This document shows, in pieces, positions 42,563 through 50,979 of a stretch of DNA of 64,000 nucleotides (position 1 is the first letter of the stretch; the number at the start of each line of letters is the position of its first letter). Origin of the DNA: an uncultured Alphaproteobacteria bacterium (GTDB lineage: Bacteria; Pseudomonadota; Alphaproteobacteria; Rs-D84); the NCBI GenBank assembly GCA_904502095.1, contig CAJGDG010000002.1, forward strand, positions 128 through 64,127, in the 5' to 3' direction. The notes beneath the pieces were generated by a model. That model had not been told where the DNA came from. It did no database searches and was given only the letters and a program-made list of their open reading frames with translations. The position numbers and the translations under genes were made by a program.

Positions 42563-43240
42563 TTATTTTATCATATTTTTGCCGTTGGATAAAGAAATTG
42601 TGTCGGTCGGCGAAACCAATTCGGTAAAGGCGGGTTGATGACTGATAAACATAAATGTTGTATCGGGCATAGATTTTATTGTGTCTGCGATAAGCTGTTG
42701 TGTTTGTGTGTCTGCGCCAGAATCTGGTTCGTCTAATATGGCAAATTTTGGCTTGGTCAATATCAATTGCAACAGCATTATTTTTTTTCGTTCGCCACCG
42801 GAAAATCCGACATTTATACTGCGGTTTAACCATTCGCGCGGTATGTTTAATTGTGCACAGGCGTTGTTAATTGTTTCTAAAAATTCAGGCATGGACAAGT
42901 CGCGACCTGTTTGAAAATGTGCGTGCGCAGCACAAGAGTGTTTCAGAAAACTTAATACAGTTAGTCCGGCAATTTCTGGAACGTGTTGTGAACCTAAAAA
43001 TATACCCATCAGTGCGCGCGTTGTTGCGTTTTCTGTTGTGATGTCTGTGTTATCAAAAATAATGTTGCCTGATTTTATTGTATACAGCGGATTCCCTGCG
43101 ATTGTGTTTGCCAGTGTTGATTTGCCGCTGCCGTTATGGCCGGACAATAAAACGCGTGCGCCGTGTGGTATGGATATGTTTATGTCGGACAGTAATTCGC
43201 GTTCGCCCAAAGATACAAAAAGATTTTTGATTTTCAGCAT
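42563..43240 (-). CDS. sufC: Fe-S cluster assembly ATPase SufC
   Basis: Walker A GHNGSGKSTL; signature FSGGERKK; Walker B AILDEPDSG. Confidence 0.9.
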   Translation of the reverse strand: MLKIKNLFVSLGERELLSDINISIPHGARVLLSGHNGSGKSTLANTIAGNPLYTIKSGNIIFDNTDITTENATTRALMGIFLGSQHVPEIAGLTVLSFLKHSCAAHAHFQTGRDLSMPEFLETINNACAQLNIPREWLNRSINVGFSGGERKKIMLLQLILTKPKFAILDEPDSGADTQTQQLIADTIKSMPDTTFMFISHQPAFTELVSPTDTISLSNGKNMIK

Positions 43241-43243
43241 TGT

Positions 43244-44572
43244 TTAATCCTTTGATAATGCCATTTGTATTAATTGTTTTGATTCAACCAAGAATTCCAT
43301 CGGCAGTCGTGATAATACAGGTGCAGCGGCCGCACCAATTATTAGTGCGGTTGCTGTGTCTGTGTCTATGCCTGCCATATTCATATAAGTTAATGTTGCT
43401 GTGTCAATCGTGCCGGTCGAAGCTTCGTGTGATTGTTGGTTGTTTTCGCCATTATGAATAATGCGGGGCAGGGTGTTTGCAGAGGTCTTGTTGCCAATAA
43501 GGCGACTGTCGCATTTTGATGCGTTTTTACAGTCGTTGCCACTGAAAGAAACCAGGCTGCGGAATGTTTGGTGTGATGCGTCTGTCACGGCGCCATATGA
43601 TACGATGTTTGATACTGTGCGGTTGCCAATGTGTATCATTTTTGTGCCGGTGTCTGCAATTTGTGCGCCGCGTGTTATTGATAGCGAATAAAAGTCGCTG
43701 TACGAATCGTCGCCGCGTAAAACAGTAGATGGGTATTTCCATGTCAGTGCAGAGCCAATTTCCATTTGTGTCCACAGCAGTTTTGCGTTTTTGTGGCATA
43801 CGCCGCGTTTGGTGACAAAATTTAAAATGCCGCCGTTGTTTTTTGTGCCGTCAAAGTCGCCTGCATACCAGTTTTGTACAGTTGCGTATTTTACTGTTGC
43901 ATCGTCGCATACAACGATTTCTACGACACCACTGTGCAGTTGGTGGTTTGGTTTTCGCGGTGCGCTGCAACCTTCCATGTATGTTAATTGGGCGCCCGTG
44001 TCTGCAATAATTAATGTGCGTTCAAATTGCCCGATTTTTGCGGTTTCGATTCTGAAAAAACTGGCTAAATCAATTGGGCATTTTGTGTGTGGTGGAATAT
44101 ATACAAATGTCCCATCAGAAAACACAGATGCGTTCAATGCGGCAAAGAAATTGTCGTCCGATGGAACAACTGAGCCCAGATATTTTTTTACCAAATCTGG
44201 GTGCTGTTTTACAGCCTCTGAAAAAGGCAGGAAAATTATGCCCAAGCGCGCTAATTCCGCCGTATAGGATGTGTGAACAGACCTGCTGTCTATGACAGTA
44301 TCTGTTGCCATTCCCATCAGTGCTTTTTTTTCGCTTTCTGGTAATCCCATTTTGTCATAAATGTGTGCCAGGTCAGAAGAGTCGACGGGTGGGGCTTCGT
44401 TATAATAATCCAGGCTGTCGTAATCAATTGGTGTGTATGTTGTTGCGCCCCAGTGTGGTTCTGTCATCGTTTTCCATTTGCGAAATGCGTTCAGGCGCCA
44501 CTCGCACAGCCAATCAGGTTCGTCGCGTTTGGCTGATATTTCGCGGATAAGATTCTCTGACAGTTTTGCCAT
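43244..44572 (-). CDS. sufB: Fe-S cluster assembly scaffold SufB
   Basis: FERTLIIADTGAQLTYMEGCSAP and the beta-helix region GDDSYSDFYSLSI...TKMIHIG. Confidence 0.88.
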   Translation of the reverse strand: MAKLSENLIREISAKRDEPDWLCEWRLNAFRKWKTMTEPHWGATTYTPIDYDSLDYYNEAPPVDSSDLAHIYDKMGLPESEKKALMGMATDTVIDSRSVHTSYTAELARLGIIFLPFSEAVKQHPDLVKKYLGSVVPSDDNFFAALNASVFSDGTFVYIPPHTKCPIDLASFFRIETAKIGQFERTLIIADTGAQLTYMEGCSAPRKPNHQLHSGVVEIVVCDDATVKYATVQNWYAGDFDGTKNNGGILNFVTKRGVCHKNAKLLWTQMEIGSALTWKYPSTVLRGDDSYSDFYSLSITRGAQIADTGTKMIHIGNRTVSNIVSYGAVTDASHQTFRSLVSFSGNDCKNASKCDSRLIGNKTSANTLPRIIHNGENNQQSHEASTGTIDTATLTYMNMAGIDTDTATALIIGAAAAPVLSRLPMEFLVESKQLIQMALSKD

Positions 44573-44578
44573 TGTGTT

Positions 44579-45121
44579 TTAATTGTTTTGTGTCGCCAAT
44601 TGTTTTGCCTGGGCAAAAAATGTTAATGATTGGCCCAATAAACCGTCTGTAAATGTTGATGCCAACAATCCGTCGGGTTCAGTCGAATTCAAATGATGTA
44701 AAAATGTGTCGCCGCGTCGCATATAATTGTCAATATTTCGTGCGACTTCGGTGTCCAGTTTTATGCTGCGACGAAGTTTTTCCAACACGAATGGGTTTTT
44801 TGCGTATTCGTCCATAATGCCGCCCAATGCACGCCACAGTGGATGCTCGGGGGTGTTGCGGGGCATAATGTCGATGGCGGCCATAACAGGAATCAGGCTT
44901 TGCAGCAGATCTTGGTAAATCATTTCTGCGTTTTCTGCGATGGCGTTGGTTGCGTATTTGTTTTTCAGTACAGACTGAATTTTTGCAATTAAATTATATT
45001 GGTGTTCCAGTGTTTTTGTTATGCTGGCAATGCGCGCGTTAATTTTGAAAATATATACGCCAACGGCGATAGTTGATAGTAAAAATATCCCAAAAATCAA
45101 ATATATAATAAAGTTTTGCAT
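44579..45121 (-). CDS. Single-pass membrane protein, unknown function (180 aa)
   Basis: N-terminal TM FIIYLIFGIFLLSTIAVGVYIF; helical remainder; GGGGGC SD. Confidence 0.55.
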   Translation of the reverse strand: MQNFIIYLIFGIFLLSTIAVGVYIFKINARIASITKTLEHQYNLIAKIQSVLKNKYATNAIAENAEMIYQDLLQSLIPVMAAIDIMPRNTPEHPLWRALGGIMDEYAKNPFVLEKLRRSIKLDTEVARNIDNYMRRGDTFLHHLNSTEPDGLLASTFTDGLLGQSLTFFAQAKQLATQNN

Positions 45122-45258
45122 AATCTTTTGCCCCCAGGTTTATATTGTGTTCGAGAGTTAGTATAGCATCTTTTTGCGATTCGTGCGATTTTATCTTGTG
45201 AAAATAATTTTTTCGTTGAAATAAGTGTTTTTTATGTCTTGCACAGATTCGGTCAAAT

Positions 45259-45267
45259 TGTTATAAT
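45259..45267 (+). promoter_or_regulatory. Extended -10 element TGTTATAAT
   Basis: AAATTGTTATAAT lies 44 nt upstream of the ATG at 45312. Confidence 0.45.
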
Positions 45268-45311
45268 AAGAACTAAATAAGATAAATAATATAGGGAAAG
45301 GAAGTCTTGAT

Positions 45312-46307
45312 ATGTTCCGTAAAGTATTGATTGGTGCAATGTTTGCAACTGCTGCTGGGTATTGTTTTGCTGCTGAAACGATGCCACAGGTCGTCACATC
45401 AGAAGTTTTTTATGAACAAGAGAAAACTGTTGATGAAAATCAGTGGGAATTGGTGGATACAACAACGGTCGATGTTGTTGAGACAGTGGAAGAATATACA
45501 GAAATACCTGCGTGGCCAATCGCAGGGAGTGAGGCAGACGTCGAAGTTTCTTGCGAGTCTGGTGTTTGTTCCAAGAAAAAACAGAACGATAATATTCGTA
45601 TCGTGTCCAAGATAGGTTCGGATTTGGTCGTTGAGAACAATATTAACTTGGGTGCGCGCGGTGATTATGGCGACTGGTCTGGTGGTGCAAATATGTTGCA
45701 CGGTACCCAGATTCCGGTTGGCTTTGACGATGAATGTAATTCGGGTGCCGAAATGGGGGTGTTGCATCGTGAAGCGCTGGAAGATGATGGCGGTAATGTT
45801 TTAACTGTTTCGCGCAGCGGCAGAAAAAATTGTGGCAAGTATGCAGACAACTATGATGCGTTTGCTGTCAAAATGAATATGAAGGCGGAACCAAAAGGTG
45901 CGGATAAGGCAAATGGTTTGTCTGGTGTTAAAACAGAAATAACAGAAATGTCGACAGAAACGGAAACTATCACGGAAACAATCACAAAAACAGAAACGGA
46001 AATTGTGGTCGATGCGTCTGCGGATGCCGAAGCGCCAGCTGTTTTGACAGACCAAGTTCGTTCATGGGTTGTTGCAAATGGTCAGACATTGCGTGAAGTG
46101 TTGCAAAATTGGTGCAATAAAGAAGGCTGGGATTTGGTTTGGACAACGCCACGCGAATATCCGATTGAGGCCAGCGCGGTATTCAAGGGTCGCTTTGTTG
46201 ATGTGGCGTCTGCGCTGGTTCGTAATTTTGGGCGCGCAACACCTGTGCCATATGCAAAGTTTTATAAAGGGAATCGGGTGTTGGTGATTTCAACAAACGA
46301 AGAATAA
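45312..46307 (+). CDS. Secreted protein with a C-terminal TcpQ/PilL-type domain
   Basis: Signal peptide and Thr/Glu-rich linker (TETETITETITKTETE). The C-terminus WVVANGQTLREVLQNWCNKEGWDLVWTTPREYPIEASAVFKGRFVDVASALV matches the TcpQ (PF10671) pattern W.v..G.tLr..L..W....GW.l.W. Confidence 0.6.
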   Translation: MFRKVLIGAMFATAAGYCFAAETMPQVVTSEVFYEQEKTVDENQWELVDTTTVDVVETVEEYTEIPAWPIAGSEADVEVSCESGVCSKKKQNDNIRIVSKIGSDLVVENNINLGARGDYGDWSGGANMLHGTQIPVGFDDECNSGAEMGVLHREALEDDGGNVLTVSRSGRKNCGKYADNYDAFAVKMNMKAEPKGADKANGLSGVKTEITEMSTETETITETITKTETEIVVDASADAEAPAVLTDQVRSWVVANGQTLREVLQNWCNKEGWDLVWTTPREYPIEASAVFKGRFVDVASALVRNFGRATPVPYAKFYKGNRVLVISTNEE

Positions 46308-46340
46308 TTTAAATATCAAGATGTCGTAGGAGAATTAGAT

Positions 46341-47969
46341 ATGATAAAGCCAGTAAAAATCTTTGTTGTGTGCGGTTTGGTTTTGGGGGCACTGGCAGGG
46401 TGTACAACCAAAGAATCCGCAAAAGTTGCGGCGTCTGTTGATCAGGATTTTGTTAATGCGTATGATGCCTTTGAAATGGCAAAAAATCCACGTGCCAAAG
46501 TTGCCAGTGGTGATACCGTATCTATGTCCGAAGGTGTTTGGTTGGGAAACAAGTCTGTTGTGTTGGAACACAAAAATAATTTGCCGTCACATTTTGAAAC
46601 AGATACTGGTGTGACAATATTATTAAATGAACCTGTGTCGTTACAGGTTTTGGCAAATGATATTTATTCTATTACAGGCATCCCTGTTAAAATTGATGGA
46701 CAGGTTTCTGGTGATAAATTAAAGAAGTTGGTTAATGTTGCCTATACAGGTAAATTATCTGGTTTATTGTCTCAGGTTGCGACAGATTTAGATTTGTTGT
46801 GGTATTATGATAAAAATTCAATTGTTTTTTATGAAACAGAAACCAAGACATTTACATTGTATGCCCTGGGGACCGAGGTTGCATATCAAACATCTGTTTC
46901 AACAGACGATGCAAATGAAGTGTCTTTGGAATCGACTTTGAAAGAATGGGATGAAGTTGAAAACGCTATATCTTCTATTATAGGTAAAAGTGAAAATGCA
47001 GATTTTACGGTATCGCGCAGTTTGGGAACCATTACTGTGACTGCATCGCCATCTGTACTAAGTCGCGTTGGTGAATATATCGACCGTCAGAACAAGCGTT
47101 TGTCACAACTGATAACAATTGATGTAAAAGTGTTGCAGGTGACTATTTCAAATGATTCTGCATTTGGGTTGAATTTGGCGGCGGCTATTAATTCTACATC
47201 TGGATTAAATATTGTTGCGAATCCAAAAAATAATTTGGCATCGACTGAAGCCAGCGCCATGAACATTGCTGTGTTGTCGAATGCTGTCTCGGCATTAACG
47301 GGTGCGACACATTTGGAAAATGGTCAGTTGGTCGAAGGCGCATATACCCAGGATAAAATTATGAACGGTTCTTTGTCAGGTGCTGCGGGCAGTAATGCCT
47401 TAATCGAAGCCTTGGCAAAGCAGGGCAAGGTATCGTTGGTGACAAATGTTGGTGTGACAACACGTTCAAACCGCGTTGCGCCGGTCAGCAATACTCGCAC
47501 CACAGGATATATCAAGCGTTTTGAATCCAGAAACTTTACAACTGTTGAATCCAGTACTGTTGACCAAGATGATTTGGAAACAGGGTTTACAATGCAGTTG
47601 TTGCCAAATGTTTTAGAAAACGGCAAGATTTTGTTGTTGTTCCGTATGTCGGTTCGTGAATTGTTGCGTATGTCGACTCAAACAATTGGCGAAGTGACAT
47701 TACAGTTGCCAGAGGTTGAAGAACGCAGCTTTATGCAAGAAGTTATCATGGAATCAGGTCAAATGTTGGTTGTATCAGGTTTTGAAAAACAAACAAACGA
47801 AGATACACGCTATGGTTTGGGTGATCCTGACTTTATGGCATTGTCTGGCTCGCGCGAGACATCGGCGACTCGTGAAGTTTTGGTTGTTATCTTGACACCG
47901 CAAGTATTGGTCAGCCCAATGGATGCAGAAAGAACGATACAGCAGCATTGGGGTGCACCACTAAACTAA
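46341..47969 (+). CDS. pilN: Lipoprotein secretin, type IVb pilus PilN (R64) family-like
   Basis: Lipobox LGALAGC. C-terminal secretin domain MQLLPNVLENGKILLLFRMSV...GQMLVVSGFEKQ...REVLVVILTPQVL. Confidence 0.7.
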   Translation: MIKPVKIFVVCGLVLGALAGCTTKESAKVAASVDQDFVNAYDAFEMAKNPRAKVASGDTVSMSEGVWLGNKSVVLEHKNNLPSHFETDTGVTILLNEPVSLQVLANDIYSITGIPVKIDGQVSGDKLKKLVNVAYTGKLSGLLSQVATDLDLLWYYDKNSIVFYETETKTFTLYALGTEVAYQTSVSTDDANEVSLESTLKEWDEVENAISSIIGKSENADFTVSRSLGTITVTASPSVLSRVGEYIDRQNKRLSQLITIDVKVLQVTISNDSAFGLNLAAAINSTSGLNIVANPKNNLASTEASAMNIAVLSNAVSALTGATHLENGQLVEGAYTQDKIMNGSLSGAAGSNALIEALAKQGKVSLVTNVGVTTRSNRVAPVSNTRTTGYIKRFESRNFTTVESSTVDQDDLETGFTMQLLPNVLENGKILLLFRMSVRELLRMSTQTIGEVTLQLPEVEERSFMQEVIMESGQMLVVSGFEKQTNEDTRYGLGDPDFMALSGSRETSATREVLVVILTPQVLVSPMDAERTIQQHWGAPLN

Positions 47970-47986
47970 AAATAAATTATAATAAC

Positions 47987-48057
47987 TTATCTAAAAGTAA
48001 ATCGGGAATCTCATGTAGCGTTATGTACACTACGATTCCCGATTTCCTTTTATCTAA
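47987..48057. mobile_element. 55-bp MITE-like element (47995-48049) with 16-bp terminal inverted repeats, flanked by a perfect 8-bp direct repeat TTATCTAA
   Basis: TTATCTAA|AAGTAAATCGGGAATC...23 nt...GATTCCCGATTTCCTT|TTATCTAA; 15/16 TIR match. It could also serve as the secretin terminator. Confidence 0.5.
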
Positions 48058-48177
48058 ATTATTCTAATTTATTTTCCGCTAATCACGGGGTATGGCGGTG
48101 CGTGTTTTTTGCCAAAATATTTTAGTTTATTTTAATGTTAATTAAACGCGCTTTGTTTAACATGTTGATTATACTTC

Positions 48178-48193
48178 TTTTTTTTTTTTTTTT
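48178..48193. repeat. Homopolymeric T16 tract
   Basis: Sixteen consecutive T residues, 34 nt upstream of the extended -10 at 48227; the longest homopolymer seen in the window. Confidence 0.95.
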
Positions 48194-48226
48194 GCGCAGA
48201 AAAAACTTCGTTTTATGCGGGTTTTA

Positions 48227-48235
48227 TGATATAAT
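48227..48235 (+). promoter_or_regulatory. Extended -10 element TGATATAAT
   Basis: TTTTATGATATAAT lies 30 nt upstream of the ATG at 48266. Confidence 0.5.
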
Positions 48236-48265
48236 TCACAGTAAATAGAAAAGGGAAGGGATATT

Positions 48266-48679
48266 ATGCAATTAAAGTTTTTATTTGTTGCTGTGTTAAT
48301 GGCAGTGGCGTCATTTGATGTTTCGGCGGCGACTATTGGTTCGGCTGGTGCGGGGAACGCTGGAAGCAATACGGTTTATGCAAATGGTTTGGTCGGTTCG
48401 GGTGGTATAAATGCGGACGACAGTGCAAAATTGCAGATGATTTCGACCTTGGAAAACGATATTACAATATTGGATGCTGAAATAAGAAAGTGTGAAAAGT
48501 CCAAAAAGGGTTGGATTGCGGCGACTGTTATTGGGTCGGCGGGTGTTGTGGCGACGGGCGTTGCCGCCGGTGTCCAGGGCGCAAAATTGTCCAAGAAAAA
48601 GGGCGAGCTGGAAGACATAAATGCTGACATTGCAAATAAACAAAAAGAATTGAATTCTATTAATGGCGGGGGAAATTAA
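48266..48679 (+). CDS. Secreted/membrane coiled-coil protein with a Cys-Lys-Ser-Lys motif followed by a glycine-zipper segment (137 aa)
   Basis: Signal peptide; GNAGS motif; ILDAEIRKCEKSKKGWIAATVIGSAGVVATGVAAGVQGAKL; AAGGGAAGGG SD. Confidence 0.7.
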   Translation: MQLKFLFVAVLMAVASFDVSAATIGSAGAGNAGSNTVYANGLVGSGGINADDSAKLQMISTLENDITILDAEIRKCEKSKKGWIAATVIGSAGVVATGVAAGVQGAKLSKKKGELEDINADIANKQKELNSINGGGN

Positions 48680-48680
48680 G

Positions 48681-50438
48681 ATGAAACGCGGTATTTTATT
48701 TTGTATGTGCACACTGTTTCCAATGGTTGCGGGTGCGGATTATTTGGACGATAAAATTGCGACATTGACCCAGCAAAAGTTGGATAAGATTGCAGAATTG
48801 GAAAAATGCCAAAAGTCGACCAAGGGATTAAAGATTGCGGGTATTACAACCCTGGGTGTCAGTACGATTGGTATTGCCGCCAATATTGGTGAAGCGGTTG
48901 CACTGAATAAAACCGAGGACAAGATAGAAACTGCACAAAAGACAAGTTCTGATTTGGATAGCCAAATCGCAGCAGCAAGAGAAGAAGCGAGAAAGAAAGC
49001 AGAGGAAGAGGCGAAAAAGAAAGCAGAGGAAGAGAAGGAAGAGAAGAAAGCGGAGGAAGAGGTTAAGAGTCCTGAAATAGAATCGGACACAAATATTCCA
49101 GATTGCCCAGCAACGGGTAGTTGTTCTATAAACGATTGTAAGTCAGATGCCGTTCTTAGGGGGTTGGGGGCTGCAAGTGCAGATTGTTATGACGGTGCGT
49201 GTATAGCGACCGAGTGTTCTGACCCCAGTGGAAATCATACGAAAAAACAATGTAAAAAACCAGACGGGACTATTTTCTCTTATTATTCAACGTGTATGGG
49301 CAAGGGTCAGAGTAAAAATACCGATAAGTGTGAGCTGACAGGGCATATTAATTCAAATCCTGGTGTTTGTGCTTGTGCTGAATATGCTTTTCTGATTCCG
49401 GGCTCTAACGAGTGTAAATGTCAAGGTGGAACAGACTGGAAAGATGACAAGAAAGAATGTGAATGGTTGAATATAACTGTGGAGGCTGAAGGTGTGTCGA
49501 GGCCTGATGGCCCAACCGCAGCAGAAGTTGCCGCTGGCTTGCCAAGGGGGCAAATGACGGTAGATACAACAGAATTGGGTATAAATCTTCCAGAAACAGA
49601 ATTGCAAAAATCTTTGAATGAAGTAAACGCGCAAAGCGACGCCCAAAAAGCCGATTTGCAAAGAAGATTGCAGGCGGGGCAATTGACCCAAGATCAATAT
49701 AATTCAGCAGTTGATTTGTTGGACGCGAATACCGCATCGCAACGAGCTGAAATGACCAAGAAAGCACAGAAAAAATTGCAGGAAGAACGACAGAAATCTT
49801 GGGAAAAGATAGCAAAAGAAGTGAATGAAATTGATGATTCAATAAAGAAAGCAGAAGCCAAGGCGGCAGAAGAAGCAAAGAAAAAACTGTGTGAGGATAC
49901 AAATGGAAGATGGCGTCCGGGCAGAAAAGATTGCGAATGCGACGATATCTATTCTTTTGTTGATGGCCAGGGTTGTGTTCTGGACCAGGCAAAGAAACAG
50001 GCACAGCTTGAAGAGCTGACGAAAAAACAGGAAAAGTTGACCGAGTCAAAGGTCGATAAAAAGACAGAAAGACAAACAGATAAATTGCTGAAAGATTTGC
50101 AGAAGCAAAAAGAAGAGGATGCTGAAAAAGCAAAGCAGGCTTTGTGTGAAAAGGCGGGACGCTGGAATCCTACTCTTAAACGCTGCAATTGTAATGATGA
50201 TTTGCACAAATGGGATGATGCGATGGGTTGTGTCGTAGACGAAGCAAAAATGCGTAAAGAAGCCGAAAGGCAAGCTGAAAAACAAAAAAAGGCAGATGAA
50301 AAAGCAAAAAAACAAGCTGAAGAAGATGCTTATGATAAAAGAGTGTCTGATGCGATGGCTGAATATGGTTTTAGTAAATCCAAAGCAAAGCAGTATATTG
50401 AAAACCAAGATAAAATAAATGCTTTGAATAGTCTTTAA
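48681..50438 (+). CDS. Large secreted coiled-coil / Cys-module protein, paralogous at its N-terminus to 48266 (585 aa)
   Basis: KIAELEKCQKSTKGLKIAGITTLGVSTIGIAANIGEAVAL; Glu/Lys-rich helices; a central Cys-rich region; two 4-Cys modules. The ATG lies 1 nt after the upstream stop. Confidence 0.7.
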   Translation: MKRGILFCMCTLFPMVAGADYLDDKIATLTQQKLDKIAELEKCQKSTKGLKIAGITTLGVSTIGIAANIGEAVALNKTEDKIETAQKTSSDLDSQIAAAREEARKKAEEEAKKKAEEEKEEKKAEEEVKSPEIESDTNIPDCPATGSCSINDCKSDAVLRGLGAASADCYDGACIATECSDPSGNHTKKQCKKPDGTIFSYYSTCMGKGQSKNTDKCELTGHINSNPGVCACAEYAFLIPGSNECKCQGGTDWKDDKKECEWLNITVEAEGVSRPDGPTAAEVAAGLPRGQMTVDTTELGINLPETELQKSLNEVNAQSDAQKADLQRRLQAGQLTQDQYNSAVDLLDANTASQRAEMTKKAQKKLQEERQKSWEKIAKEVNEIDDSIKKAEAKAAEEAKKKLCEDTNGRWRPGRKDCECDDIYSFVDGQGCVLDQAKKQAQLEELTKKQEKLTESKVDKKTERQTDKLLKDLQKQKEEDAEKAKQALCEKAGRWNPTLKRCNCNDDLHKWDDAMGCVVDEAKMRKEAERQAEKQKKADEKAKKQAEEDAYDKRVSDAMAEYGFSKSKAKQYIENQDKINALNSL

Positions 50439-50466
50439 AAAAACCGCCATTTGGCGGTTTTTTTAT
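50437..50466. terminator. Bidirectional rho-independent terminator
   Basis: AAAAAAACCGCCA-TT-TGGCGGTTTTTTT. Confidence 0.88.
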
Positions 50467-50876
50467 TTTGTTTTTTGTGCTGCTGCATTAATGATTTGCA
50501 TTCGTTTTTCAAGCTCGCGCTGAAAGTTTCGTTTTGATGCGTGGTTCAAGCGGTTAAGGAAATTTTCGTCGTCATTAAATACATAATAAGAACTTGGGTA
50601 TAACTGCACAACTGGTTCGTTTGTTTCTTTGTCCAGGTATTCAATAATTGTTGATGCAATTTTTTCGCCCATTTGGCTTGCTTTGTATGTGACAGCCATG
50701 TCGTATGCACATGGATTTGGAAATGGTTTAGATTTTATCCAGCCGGTGGCAGATGTTTGCTTTACACCGTTTTCGCATAATAATGGCAGCGGCGTTTCTT
50801 TGCATTCCGAGAATACATTGAAATTGCACATAACATTAAAGTTAATTAAATATGTGTTCTTCTTTTTTTTGCTCAT
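50463..50876 (-). CDS. Hypothetical protein (137 aa)
   Basis: ORF from MSKKKKNTYLINF with no motif recognised. Confidence 0.5.
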   Translation of the reverse strand: MSKKKKNTYLINFNVMCNFNVFSECKETPLPLLCENGVKQTSATGWIKSKPFPNPCAYDMAVTYKASQMGEKIASTIIEYLDKETNEPVVQLYPSSYYVFNDDENFLNRLNHASKRNFQRELEKRMQIINAAAQKTK

Positions 50877-50979
50877 TTTTATTATCTCTTTGTTCCTTTT
50901 ACAAACAATATTATAATACAAAAATAGCATTTGTCAAGCATTGGGTCGGTGTAAATGTGTTTTTTGTGTTTTGTGGCTT

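Noticed and set aside
42537-42833. The 5' extension of the 409-aa ORF 41604-42833 that overlaps sufC by 270 nt
   Set aside because: The extension is Arg/Tyr-rich and non-membrane, and it overlaps a confident gene. An internal ATG at 42536 has a strong SD and begins the hydrophobic protein.
44579-50876. The secretin region as part of an integrative conjugative element or prophage
   Set aside because: The window holds no integrase, relaxase, T4SS ATPase or phage structural genes, and no flanking att-like repeats. tRNA genes are not adjacent. The only sign of mobility is the 55-bp MITE-like element.
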